From assembly GCF_000186885.1 (NCBI RefSeq), contig NC_014972.1, forward strand, positions 2,010,001-2,042,000: a stretch of DNA of 32,000 nucleotides. Reading direction: 5' to 3'. The position numbers and the translations under genes were made by a program. Position 1 is the first letter of the stretch, and every line of letters begins with the position of its first letter. Source of the DNA: Desulfobulbus propionicus DSM 2032. Lineage in GTDB: Bacteria > Desulfobacterota > Desulfobulbia > Desulfobulbales > Desulfobulbaceae. Below the pieces are notes generated by a model. The model made no database searches, had not been told where the DNA came from, and saw only the letters and a list, made by a program, of their open reading frames with translations. Shown here piece after piece: positions 14,487 through 22,973 of this stretch.

Positions 14487-16937
14487 ATGCAGCTTCCCAA
14501 ACCACAACGCATACAAACAAAATTCATCACCGGTCTGATGCTGGCCGCCATGCTCCTCGGGGTCGCCTCCTCGGCCGGGTTTTATCTCCATCTGCGCAAC
14601 GTGCTGGAGGAGGAGGTGCGGGACAAGGCCCGGCTGATCCTCATGCATGTGGATTCGATCCAACACTATGTACGCGATGTGCTCCGGCCGACCATGTACG
14701 AGCGGCTGCCCGAGGCCTTTGTCATCCAGGCCATGTCGTCGTCCTATATTTCACGCAAGATCATGGCCCCGATCAATGCGCTTCACGAAGGAGCCATCTT
14801 CCGCCGGGTGGCCATCGATGCCCGCAATCCAGAGTACGAGGCCAACGACCACGAGCGCGAATTGATCCGCGCCTTTCGCGACAACGCCGAGCTCAAGCTG
14901 TGGCAGGGATATCGGGTGCTCAACGACGAGAAATACTTTCTCCTGGTCCGACCGGTGCGCTTTGAGCAGGAGTGCATGTATTGCCACGGCGATCCCCAGG
15001 ACGCGCCCGCCGACCTGCTCAAACTCTACGGCCAGCGCGGGTTCGGCAAACGCCAGGGGGATATTGCCGGCGTGGACTTTGTCGGTATTTCGGTCCACGG
15101 CAGCGTCGGCCGGGTGGAACGGACCATTTTCACCTATTTCGCCTTGTTCGCCCTGGTGGTGTTGCTGGTCTTTTTCGCCGCCAATGTGCTGTTCAAGGTG
15201 CTGGTGGTCAACAACCTCAAACGGCTCAACGCGGTATTCCGCCGCAACGTTACCGACGATGCGGGGTCGGCCCTGCTGCACCAGCTGGAACAGGGCGACG
15301 AGATCGACGAACTGGTCGATGGCATGGAGCAGATGAGCGAGCACCTGTTCGAGGCCAGGAGCCAGCTTCAGGATTACGCCGAAAACCTGCGCCGCATGGT
15401 CGACGAGCGCACCGACGCCCTCAGCTCCGAAGTGGAGGCGCGGCGGGCGGATGTGCGCCTCTTCGTCCGCCTGCTCGAGGACATGTACAAGAGCCGTTCG
15501 CGCGCCCAGCTGTGGCGGATGGCCCTGCCGCAGATCTGCTGCCGTTTCGCGGCCGAACGCATCGCCTATGTGTGCACCATGGGTTCGCAGAGCTCCTTTG
15601 TCTGGCCGGAGCAGGCCGCCATGCCCGAACTGCCGGACAATTTCGTCGAGGTTCTGACCGGCAGCGCCTGCGTGGCCGTGGACAATCGTCTGTTCGTGCC
15701 GGTGGAATCGAGCACCGGCAACGCCGAAGGGCTGTTGATCCTCCTGTGGCCGACCGAGGCCGAGGCCGCCCGCCATGACCGGGATGTGCTGCTCGCCCTG
15801 GGCAGGCAACTGGGCATCGCCGCCGAGAACCTGACCGCCATAGACAGCCTGTTTCGGCAGATGAATGTCCTGGAAACCATTGTCGAGGGCATCTCCGATC
15901 CCCTGGTGCTGATGGACGGCTGTTGCACCGTGCTCACCGCCAACCAGGCGGCCAGGACCCTGGCCTCGGAACTCACCGGGGGCGCACGCAGCGACGGCAA
16001 CATCCTGGCCCTGTTTTTCGACCTGCATGCCGCAGATTGTCCCATGCGCGAGGTTCTCTCCCGTGGCGCCTCGGATCTGCGCGAGGTCAGCCTGCCGGGC
16101 GGGCGCTCCTTTGCCCTGGCTCTCTATCCGGTGGGCGGCCGCGACGGCATCGCCGATCAGGTGGTGGTTTATTTGCGGGAGACGACCATGGAGAAACGGA
16201 TGCGGATGCAGGTCTGGCAGTCGGAGCGCATGGCCACGGTCGGCAAGCTGACCGCTGGCCTGGCCCATGAAATCAACAATCCCCTGGGGGTCATTCTCTG
16301 CTATGCCGGCCTGTTGCGGCAGTCGATCACCGACCCGCAGCAGATCACCGACCTGGAAATCATCGAGCGCCACACCCGCCAGGCCCAACGGGTGTTGCGC
16401 GATCTGCTCGATTTCGCCCGGCCCAAGGCCGCGGGCTCGGGCACGGCCGATGCCTGCGGGGTCGCTGCCGCCATGATCGAGGTGTTCTCGGTGCAGGCGA
16501 CCAAAAAAGGGGTGGTCCTGACCTTGGATCGCCCGCCGGAGCGGCTCGTGGTGCGCATGGGAGTCGGCGAGCTGGAGCAGGTGCTCAGCAACCTGATGAT
16601 CAACGCGCTGGATGCGGTTGATCAGCACACGGGCCTTGTCCGGGCACGGGTTGCCGTCGTCGATGACGACATGGCGATCCTCGAGGTCGAAGATAATGGG
16701 CCTGGGGTAAGCGCGGACGATGCGGCCCATATCTTTGATCCCTTCTACTCCACCAAGGAGATCGGCGCCGGCACCGGCCTGGGGCTGACCGTGGTCTACG
16801 GCATGGTCACCGATGTCGGCGGCACGGTGGAGGTGGACCGTTCGCCCGATCTGGGCGGAGCGCGGTTCAGGGTCACCCTGCCCAGAGGTGGGGAGCAGGG
16901 CGGGGAACAACAACTCGGGTTGGGGGGCACATCGTGA
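14487..16937 (+). CDS. Sensor histidine kinase with periplasmic heme-c (CxxCH, DUF3365/Tll0287-like) sensor, HAMP, GAF/PAS-like region, HisKA and HATPase
   Basis: TM1 is FITGLMLAAMLLGVASSAGFYL. The periplasmic part carries CMYCH (14973-14987). TM2 is IFTYFALFALVVLLVFFAANVLF. The H-box is LAHEINNPL. ATPase boxes are NLMINALDA, DNGPGV and GTGLGL. The start has no clear RBS. Confidence 0.88.
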   Translation: MQLPKPQRIQTKFITGLMLAAMLLGVASSAGFYLHLRNVLEEEVRDKARLILMHVDSIQHYVRDVLRPTMYERLPEAFVIQAMSSSYISRKIMAPINALHEGAIFRRVAIDARNPEYEANDHERELIRAFRDNAELKLWQGYRVLNDEKYFLLVRPVRFEQECMYCHGDPQDAPADLLKLYGQRGFGKRQGDIAGVDFVGISVHGSVGRVERTIFTYFALFALVVLLVFFAANVLFKVLVVNNLKRLNAVFRRNVTDDAGSALLHQLEQGDEIDELVDGMEQMSEHLFEARSQLQDYAENLRRMVDERTDALSSEVEARRADVRLFVRLLEDMYKSRSRAQLWRMALPQICCRFAAERIAYVCTMGSQSSFVWPEQAAMPELPDNFVEVLTGSACVAVDNRLFVPVESSTGNAEGLLILLWPTEAEAARHDRDVLLALGRQLGIAAENLTAIDSLFRQMNVLETIVEGISDPLVLMDGCCTVLTANQAARTLASELTGGARSDGNILALFFDLHAADCPMREVLSRGASDLREVSLPGGRSFALALYPVGGRDGIADQVVVYLRETTMEKRMRMQVWQSERMATVGKLTAGLAHEINNPLGVILCYAGLLRQSITDPQQITDLEIIERHTRQAQRVLRDLLDFARPKAAGSGTADACGVAAAMIEVFSVQATKKGVVLTLDRPPERLVVRMGVGELEQVLSNLMINALDAVDQHTGLVRARVAVVDDDMAILEVEDNGPGVSADDAAHIFDPFYSTKEIGAGTGLGLTVVYGMVTDVGGTVEVDRSPDLGGARFRVTLPRGGEQGGEQQLGLGGTS

Positions 16938-18403
16938 TGAACAACCGGTCCGCGACATCTCCAACCAACCGGGACAGCTTGGTTGACATCGTCATCGTCG
17001 ACGATGAGCAGGATTTTGCCCGTGGCCTGGCCCGCCTGGTATCCGGACGTTTTCCCGAGGCGCGGGTGGAAGCGGCCCTGAGCGGTGCGGAGGCTTTGCG
17101 CCTGCTTGCCGCGCGCAAGGTGCAGCTGATGATCACCGACCTGCGCATGCCGGAGATGAACGGCATGCAGTTGCTCACCGAGGCCCTCAAGCTCGATCCG
17201 GATCTGAGCATGGTAGTGCTTAGCGCCTACGGCACCATCGAGACCGCGGTCGAGGCACTGCACGCCGGCGCCTACGATTTTCTCACCAAACCCATCGAAC
17301 CGGAGCAACTGTTCCGGGTGGTGGCCAAGGGGCTGGAACGCAGCCGGCTGCTGACGGAAAACAATCGGCTGCGTCAGATCCTCTCGCAACAGGATTCCCA
17401 GGGAGAACTGGTGGGCGAGGGACCAGCCATGCGCACGTTGCGCCAGGCCATCGGCGCGGTCGCCCAGTCCGACTACACGGTGCTGATCCGGGGAGAGTCG
17501 GGCACGGGCAAGGAACTGGCCGCCCGCCTGATCCACCGCCTGGGAGGACGGGCCGACAATCCCTTTCTCGTGGTCAACTGCCCGGCGATCCCGGAAAACC
17601 TGTTGGAAAGCGAGCTGTTCGGGCATGTCAGGGGGGCCTTCACCGGTGCCGACAAGGCGCACCAGGGGTTGTTCGCCGCCGCCCACACCGGTACCCTCCA
17701 CCTGGATGAGATCGGCGACATCAGCCCTGCGGTCCAGACCAAACTGCTGCGTTTCCTTCAGAACGGCGAGATCCGGCCGGTCGGTTCCAACGAATCCCAA
17801 TCGGTCGATGTCCGGGTGATCGCCTCCACCAACCGCGATCTTGAAGCCAGCCTGCGCGACAACGCCTTCCGCGAGGATCTCTACTATCGTCTCAATGTCC
17901 TCACCCTGACCCTGCCGGCCCTGCGCGAGCGCCCCGAGGACATTCCCCTCCTCGCCGGCCATTTTCTCCGCCGCTCCTGCGAGGAGATGGGGCTGGCCGG
18001 CAAGGAGATGGACGCGGAAGTCCTGCAATGGCTGACCGCGCGCCCCTGGCCGGGCAACGTGCGCGAACTGCAGAGTTTCATCCGCCGGTTGGCGGTGTTC
18101 TGTACCGGCGAACGGCTGGACATGGCCCTGGTGCGGCGCGTCCTGGAAGGCAGCGGCCAAACCGACCGGCCTCATCGGCCCGTCCACGGCCGGCCGACCA
18201 GGCCAATGGCCTACAAGGAGGCCAAGGCCGAGGTGGTGCATGCCTTCACCCAGGACTACGTCAGGAATCTGTTGACCCTGACGCGCGGCAATGTGTCCGA
18301 GGCGGCACGGATCTCGGGCCTGTCGCGGGTGGCCTTGCAAAAGATCCTGGCGCGGATGGGCGAACAGGCCGCCACCTTCCGCTCCCAGAAGGGCGCGCCC
18401 TAG
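16934..18403 (+). CDS. Sigma-54-dependent response regulator (NtrC family: REC + AAA+ + Fis-type HTH)
   Basis: The REC domain is IVIVDDE...MITDLRMPEMNG. Walker A is GESGTGKE and the GAFTGA loop is present. The C-terminal HTH is GNVSEAARISGLSRVALQKIL. GTG 16934 / ATG 16937 overlap the kinase stop. Confidence 0.93.
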   Translation: MMNNRSATSPTNRDSLVDIVIVDDEQDFARGLARLVSGRFPEARVEAALSGAEALRLLAARKVQLMITDLRMPEMNGMQLLTEALKLDPDLSMVVLSAYGTIETAVEALHAGAYDFLTKPIEPEQLFRVVAKGLERSRLLTENNRLRQILSQQDSQGELVGEGPAMRTLRQAIGAVAQSDYTVLIRGESGTGKELAARLIHRLGGRADNPFLVVNCPAIPENLLESELFGHVRGAFTGADKAHQGLFAAAHTGTLHLDEIGDISPAVQTKLLRFLQNGEIRPVGSNESQSVDVRVIASTNRDLEASLRDNAFREDLYYRLNVLTLTLPALRERPEDIPLLAGHFLRRSCEEMGLAGKEMDAEVLQWLTARPWPGNVRELQSFIRRLAVFCTGERLDMALVRRVLEGSGQTDRPHRPVHGRPTRPMAYKEAKAEVVHAFTQDYVRNLLTLTRGNVSEAARISGLSRVALQKILARMGEQAATFRSQKGAP

Positions 18404-18450
18404 GATGCGCTCCGGAGCAGGTGTTGCGGAGCGGGAAGAGCAACGTTGGC

Positions 18451-18488
18451 TGCATTCGTGAAAACCAGCCTCGGCTTGCACGAATGCA
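18451..18488 (+). terminator. 10-bp perfect inverted repeat (TGCATTCGTG-N18-CACGAATGCA) with inner AGCC/GGCT pairing, followed by TCATTTTAAA; terminator/attenuator or operator
   Basis: Read directly. It lies between the regulator stop (18403) and the transporter start (18515). Confidence 0.4.
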
Positions 18489-18514
18489 TCATTTTAAACC
18501 AAAAAGGAGGTTGT

Positions 18515-20287
18515 ATGGAGCAAGACAACACGCACAACAAATCGGGAGAGGGAGGAGGCTTTATCAGCGAGGACTGGCTGGCGCTGATTCTGGGCCTCGT
18601 CATTTTCGGTCTCAGCCTGATGTCGTTCAAGGGAACGGATATCCTTGGCTGGGGCGCCAAAACCGGGGTGTGGATCGATCCGGGCAAGGCGATCACCGCC
18701 ATTTCCAGCAAGTATCAGACCGTGGCCGGCGAGATCACCAAGATCGACGGCCAGAAGATAACGGTCAAGAAAAAGGATGGCAAGGAGGCGTCGGTCACCG
18801 TTGACGGTGACGTTTCCGCGCTGAAAGTCGGCGACAAATTCGAGAAGAAGGGCATGTCCTCGATCATGTCGGTCGCCCTGACCTACCTGTTCGCCCTGGC
18901 GATCATGACCATCGGCGCCGTCGCCCTGGGGGCCAACGTGCCCAAGTTCATGTTCGGCTTCACCCTGGCCTTCTGGCTCAGCTACCTGTGCTGGTTCATG
19001 GGCCATTTCGCCTACATCGCCGCCACCAAGGATCAGGCCGCCAAGTTTGGCATCCCCTGGGCGATGAGCATGAGCGGCGAGTTTGGCTTCATCCTTGCCC
19101 TGATCCTCGGTCTGATCATCGGCAACTTCTTCCCCGGTCTGGCCAACCTGATGAAGGAAGCGGCCCGGCCCGAGCTGTACATCAAGACCGGTATTGTCAT
19201 CATGGGCGCCGGCCTGGGCATCAAGGCCGCCGAATCCTTTGGTCTGGCCAGCAACATCATGTTCCGGGGCTTCTGCGCCATTGTCGAGGCCTATCTGATC
19301 TACTGGGCAGTGGTCTACTACATTTCCCGCAAATATTTTAAATTTAGCCGTGAATGGTCGGCGCCGCTGGCCTCGGGCATCTCGATCTGCGGCGTGAGCG
19401 CTTCCATCGCCACCGGCGGTGCCATCCGCGCCCGGCCGATCGTGCCGATCATGGTTTCGTCGCTGGTGGTGATCTTCGTGGCCGTGGAGATGGTCATCCT
19501 GCCGTTCATCGCCAAGTTCTATCTGTGGACCGAGCCGCTGGTCGCCGGCGCCTGGATGGGCTTGGCGGTCAAATCCGACGGCGGCGCCATTGCCTCGGGT
19601 GCCATCACCGACGCCCTGATCCGCGCCCAGGCCCTGGATGCGGCGGGCATCAACTACGCAGAAGGCTGGATCACCATGACCGCCACCACTGTCAAGATGT
19701 TCATCGATATCTTCATCGGCGTGTGGGCCTTTTTGCTGGCCTACATCTGGGTTGCCAAGATCGACGTCAAGCCGGGACAGAAGGTCGATGCCGCCGAGAT
19801 CTGGCATCGTTTCCCCAAGTTCGTCATCGGCTACGTGCTCACCTTTGTCATCCTGGTGGTGATGTGCTGGCCTGCGGCCAAGGTCATGGGACCGGCCGAA
19901 AAAGAGGCGGCCGAACTGAAGGCGGCGGTGACCTCCATTGAAACCAAGATGAAGGCCACCACCGATGCCACGGCGCTCGCCGCGCTAAAAATCGAACTGG
20001 ACGGCGTCAAGGCCCAGCAAAAAGCGGTCAACGACACCATGAAGGAGCCCAAGAGCTTCCTGAGCAAGGCCAAATCCGCCAGCAGCCAGGGCGATGTGTT
20101 CCGTGGCCTGTTCTTCCTGCTTTGCTTCTTCACCATCGGCCTGGTGTCCAACTTCAAGAAGCTGATGGAAGAGGGACTGGGCAAGCTGGCGGCGGTCTAC
20201 TGCATCAGCCTGTTCGGTTTCATCATCTGGGTCGGCCTGTTCATCTCATGGCTTTTCTTCCATGGCGTCAAGCCGCCCACCATCTAG
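18515..20287 (+). CDS. YeiH/UPF0324-family (putative sulfate exporter family) membrane transporter, enlarged (590 aa)
   Basis: An AAAGGAGG RBS precedes ATG 18515. There are many hydrophobic segments. PLASGISICGVSASIATGGAIRARP matches the family SICG-x-SA signature as I recall it. Two soluble inserts are extra: a Lys/Val-rich segment after TM1, and a coiled-coil-like AEKEAAELKAAV...LKIELDGVKAQQKAVND. Confidence 0.75.
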   Translation: MEQDNTHNKSGEGGGFISEDWLALILGLVIFGLSLMSFKGTDILGWGAKTGVWIDPGKAITAISSKYQTVAGEITKIDGQKITVKKKDGKEASVTVDGDVSALKVGDKFEKKGMSSIMSVALTYLFALAIMTIGAVALGANVPKFMFGFTLAFWLSYLCWFMGHFAYIAATKDQAAKFGIPWAMSMSGEFGFILALILGLIIGNFFPGLANLMKEAARPELYIKTGIVIMGAGLGIKAAESFGLASNIMFRGFCAIVEAYLIYWAVVYYISRKYFKFSREWSAPLASGISICGVSASIATGGAIRARPIVPIMVSSLVVIFVAVEMVILPFIAKFYLWTEPLVAGAWMGLAVKSDGGAIASGAITDALIRAQALDAAGINYAEGWITMTATTVKMFIDIFIGVWAFLLAYIWVAKIDVKPGQKVDAAEIWHRFPKFVIGYVLTFVILVVMCWPAAKVMGPAEKEAAELKAAVTSIETKMKATTDATALAALKIELDGVKAQQKAVNDTMKEPKSFLSKAKSASSQGDVFRGLFFLLCFFTIGLVSNFKKLMEEGLGKLAAVYCISLFGFIIWVGLFISWLFFHGVKPPTI

Positions 20288-20301
20288 CACGGAGGTATAG
20301 G

Positions 20302-20478
20302 TATGGAAAAGAAACAACAGCCCAAACTGGCTGAGGAAATCAAAAAGATGGAGTACGAACCGCTGCTGCCGGCCGAGTTGTCGCTGATTCGCTGGAGCAT
20401 CGGTATCGGCGTGGGTTCGCTGTTCATTCTCTACTATCTGAGCAAGTGGCTCTTCCCCGGCGGCCACTGATCGGCTGA
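20302..20478 (+). CDS. Small single-TM membrane protein (58 aa), absent from the ORF track
   Basis: GGAGG (20290-20294) lies 7 nt before ATG 20302. My own translation is MEKKQQPKLAEEIKKMEYEPLLPAELSLIRWSIGIGVGSLFILYYLSKWLFPGRPLIG*. Codons are GC3-biased. It starts 15 nt after the transporter stop. Confidence 0.5.
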
Positions 20479-20504
20479 GCAACGGGAAAGACCCGAAAAC
20501 GGCT

Positions 20505-20531
20505 GCGGGGTGCGCGCGATGCGTACCCCGC
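20505..20531. terminator. Hairpin GCGGGGT-N13-ACCCCGC between convergent genes; probable bidirectional terminator
   Basis: A 7-bp GC stem read directly. On the minus strand it is followed by AGCCGTTTTCGGG. Confidence 0.45.
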
Positions 20532-20550
20532 TGGAACGATCTATTTCTTG

Positions 20551-20832
20551 TCAATCACCGCGCGAGGCCGAAATGCGCATCATCTCCAAGGCTTCGCGGT
20601 ATTCCTCGAGGCGCTGTTCCCATTGGGGCAGCGCCTCGACGTCGTCCCGCCATCGGGCCATCTCCGCGTCGCTGATGGCCAACCGCCCTTCAGCCACGGC
20701 CTTGGCCGCTTCGGCATAGGTCATGCCGTGGTTCTTCTCCCGCTCGGCCAACGCGGCCCGGGTCGTGTTCACCACCTGTCGGCAGTGGTTGCGTTCACGG
20801 GTGAGGGAAATCTCGTATTCGTCGGTGTGCAT
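20551..20832 (-). CDS. Hypothetical helical protein (93 aa)
   Basis: A GGAGG RBS lies about 9 nt upstream of the ATG on the minus strand. The composition is charged and helical (…AEREKNHGMTYAEAAKAVAEGRLAISDAEMARWRDDVEALPQWEQRLEEYREALE…). No family recognised. Confidence 0.6.
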   Translation of the reverse strand: MHTDEYEISLTRERNHCRQVVNTTRAALAEREKNHGMTYAEAAKAVAEGRLAISDAEMARWRDDVEALPQWEQRLEEYREALEMMRISASRGD

Positions 20833-20879
20833 AGTTCTTTTCCTCCATGCAATAACAAGCCAAGCGGCGAGAGCCGTCT

Positions 20880-21488
20880 TCAGGCCAAAAGCACCAATCC
20901 GGCCAGGAGGCCCATGACCGTTTGGTCGATGGCGGTTTGCCTCGGATCAATTGGTTTGCAGTCCCATCCCGCGCTGGCGGCCAGGGCCATGAAATCCACC
21001 CCCATGGCCGAGAGGGAGGGCCGGGCCAGATCGGGATGACGGCAGGGTTGCCGCCTGCTCAACACCATGCAGGCCTCGTCCTGGGCGCAGAACAATTCCT
21101 TGCAGGAACCGGCGGCCAACCCCTGCGCCCGCCTCATGCCGCAGCTAAGCGCCGTCCGCTCCAGGGTGGCGGCGATACGATGGATGTCGCGGGCAATGGG
21201 CAGACGTCGTTCGTCCATCAACACCTCCGCCGGGACATCGATCTTGAACGCCACAACATGATAATAGTCGCGCAGATGCCGGCGAAAGACCGCCGGCGGG
21301 ATGGCGTGCGGTGGACAACCAGGCGCCAGGCCATAGCTCGGGCAACGAGTCGGGCCGGCGCATAGGGCGGCGAAACGGTCCTCGATCACCAGGGATTCGG
21401 CCGGAAGGACCGCCGCTGCCGTGGCGCCGAGCGACCGGGCCAGGGTGATCAAGTCATCAAGCACATCTGTTTGCTTGTTCATCACCAT
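20880..21488 (-). CDS. Cys-rich predicted metal-binding protein, DUF2284-like
   Basis: 202 aa. ...ALCAGPTRCPSYGLAPGCPPHA... and later Cys residues (SCKELFCAQDEAC...CRHP) resemble the C-x-C-x2-YG-x-CPP pattern I associate with DUF2284. The family call is from memory. The start is uncertain (ATG 21488 or 21482). Confidence 0.55.
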   Translation of the reverse strand: MVMNKQTDVLDDLITLARSLGATAAAVLPAESLVIEDRFAALCAGPTRCPSYGLAPGCPPHAIPPAVFRRHLRDYYHVVAFKIDVPAEVLMDERRLPIARDIHRIAATLERTALSCGMRRAQGLAAGSCKELFCAQDEACMVLSRRQPCRHPDLARPSLSAMGVDFMALAASAGWDCKPIDPRQTAIDQTVMGLLAGLVLLA

Positions 21489-21550
21489 GCATTCGACGGA
21501 ATGAGCCGCCCGATTGATCCGGACAAAAACGGTCGATTGGCCGCGTCGGT

Positions 21551-22597
21551 TCAGATCAACCGCTGATGGCGGAGCAGGGTCTGCAGACTACGGTGCGCCG
21601 CCAGGTAGCGTCCGTCCTCGGCATAGGTGGTCGGGTAGACCGTGGGCACCGGGTGGTGGGCCAGGTCGGCATCGACATTGGCAAAGGTGAACAGGCAGGA
21701 GTTGGACAGGGCCTTGGCGGTCCGATCTCGGCTGATGCGCTCGATGCCCGCCTCGACGCACACATAGCTGTCCTTGGTGTAGACCACCCGGGAGGTGAAG
21801 TGCAGCTTGTCGCCCATGCGCACCGGATGAAAAAAGTTGATCCGGTTGACGCCGGCGATGATCGACCGATTGGGTGCCACCAGCTCGGAGCAGATCGAAG
21901 ACAATTCAAAGGCACGGCGGATCAGGTAGCCGCCAAAGATGGTGAACGGCACGTTTTCCTGATCCGGGTACGTTCGTTCCCAGGCATCGGTAACCAACCG
22001 GCCGCACAACGATCCGCAGAAAGCCGGATCATCCTGGGCCTGGTGGAGCGCGGTCAGCAGTTCGTACTCGTCCCGACTGGGCGGCTCGCGCAGGGCCAGC
22101 TGCTGGTGGCGGTACTCCTCTCGTCGGGCCAGAGCCTTGCCCGCCCGCCGCTTCTCGATCGGCAGGGCGTAGTCAAGCGGCGGCAGGGCCACACTGACCA
22201 CGTTCTCGCCGTAGCCGGAGCGGGCCACCATGGTGAAGTAGCAGGAGGCGATGTGCAGGTGGGGTTCGCCAGGCTGTTCCACCCGAATACCGACCTCAAG
22301 CGAACTGCGGCCGACATGGTTGATGGTGGCGGCAAAAGTCAGATCACGGCGCACATCGACGGCATGACGGACCACGATGTTGTCGATGGCCGCGGTCACC
22401 ACCCGGGCGTCGGGGTGGAAACGGTTGACATAGGTGAGGGCCGCTTCCTCGGCCACCTTGTCGAGGATCTCGAGCAGCAAGCCGAAACGCATGTTGCCCT
22501 GGATAGGCTCATCGACCACCATGTAACGGCGGCGCAGGGCAGGGTCGCTGCCCAGGGACAGGGTACGGTGGTAAACGGTTTCACTGGGTTGGGTCAT
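21551..22597 (-). CDS. Acyl-CoA thioesterase, tandem hotdog-fold (ACOT/BFIT-like)
   Basis: 348 aa. It has two halves with hotdog-type motifs (NMRFGLLLEILDKVAEEAA...; TIFGGYLIRRAFELSSI...HFTSRVVYT). Confidence 0.7.
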   Translation of the reverse strand: MTQPSETVYHRTLSLGSDPALRRRYMVVDEPIQGNMRFGLLLEILDKVAEEAALTYVNRFHPDARVVTAAIDNIVVRHAVDVRRDLTFAATINHVGRSSLEVGIRVEQPGEPHLHIASCYFTMVARSGYGENVVSVALPPLDYALPIEKRRAGKALARREEYRHQQLALREPPSRDEYELLTALHQAQDDPAFCGSLCGRLVTDAWERTYPDQENVPFTIFGGYLIRRAFELSSICSELVAPNRSIIAGVNRINFFHPVRMGDKLHFTSRVVYTKDSYVCVEAGIERISRDRTAKALSNSCLFTFANVDADLAHHPVPTVYPTTYAEDGRYLAAHRSLQTLLRHQRLI

Positions 22598-22933
22598 GGG
22601 ATGTTCTCACTTCTCGCGAACAAGGGTCGGGACAGCGGCATTCCGCTGCCAGTGCAATCAGAGCGGTATTAACCACGTTTTCCCGATCCTGTCGATCTCC
22701 TTGCCACGAAAATCTCCACTGAGTCATGATGGCTTTCCTCCCACACGGCAAGCGGGGGACGACAACGGAGGTCCCGGTTGGTCAAACCGCTTGCTGCCGC
22801 CTTCTGTCCCTGGGGGGCTCAGCTATCCTCATCGTGTCGAATCGACGGTGCCGGATGGACGTCAGCGTTTGACCGTGCTCAGAATTTACTGATCGAACAA
22901 CGGCAATTATTTATAAATATTTTTATTCTTCAA

Positions 22934-22953
22934 ATACTTATACAAATAAGTAT
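22934..22953. promoter_or_regulatory. Perfect 8-4-8 AT-rich palindrome ATACTTAT-ACAA-ATAAGTAT inside an AT-rich island; candidate operator upstream of sodA
   Basis: Read directly. A second 12-bp palindrome, TATTTATAAATA, lies at 22908-22919. Confidence 0.4.
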
Positions 22954-22973
22954 AAATTATTATTTTGTATTAT

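Noticed and set aside
18440-18490. Sigma-54 promoter upstream of the YeiH-like transporter (TTGGCTGCATTCGTGA; CGGCTTGCACGAATGCA)
   Set aside because: The first candidate lacks the -12 GC. The second has GG-N11-GC spacing instead of the strict N10.
22582-22727. 48-aa upstream ORF on the minus strand (MTQWRFSWQGDRQDRENVV...), with a GGAGG 9 nt before ATG 22727, overlapping the thioesterase start out of frame
   Set aside because: The RBS-like spacing is suggestive, but the peptide has no recognisable features and I cannot assess conservation. I did not count it as a feature. It may be worth a look as a leader peptide.
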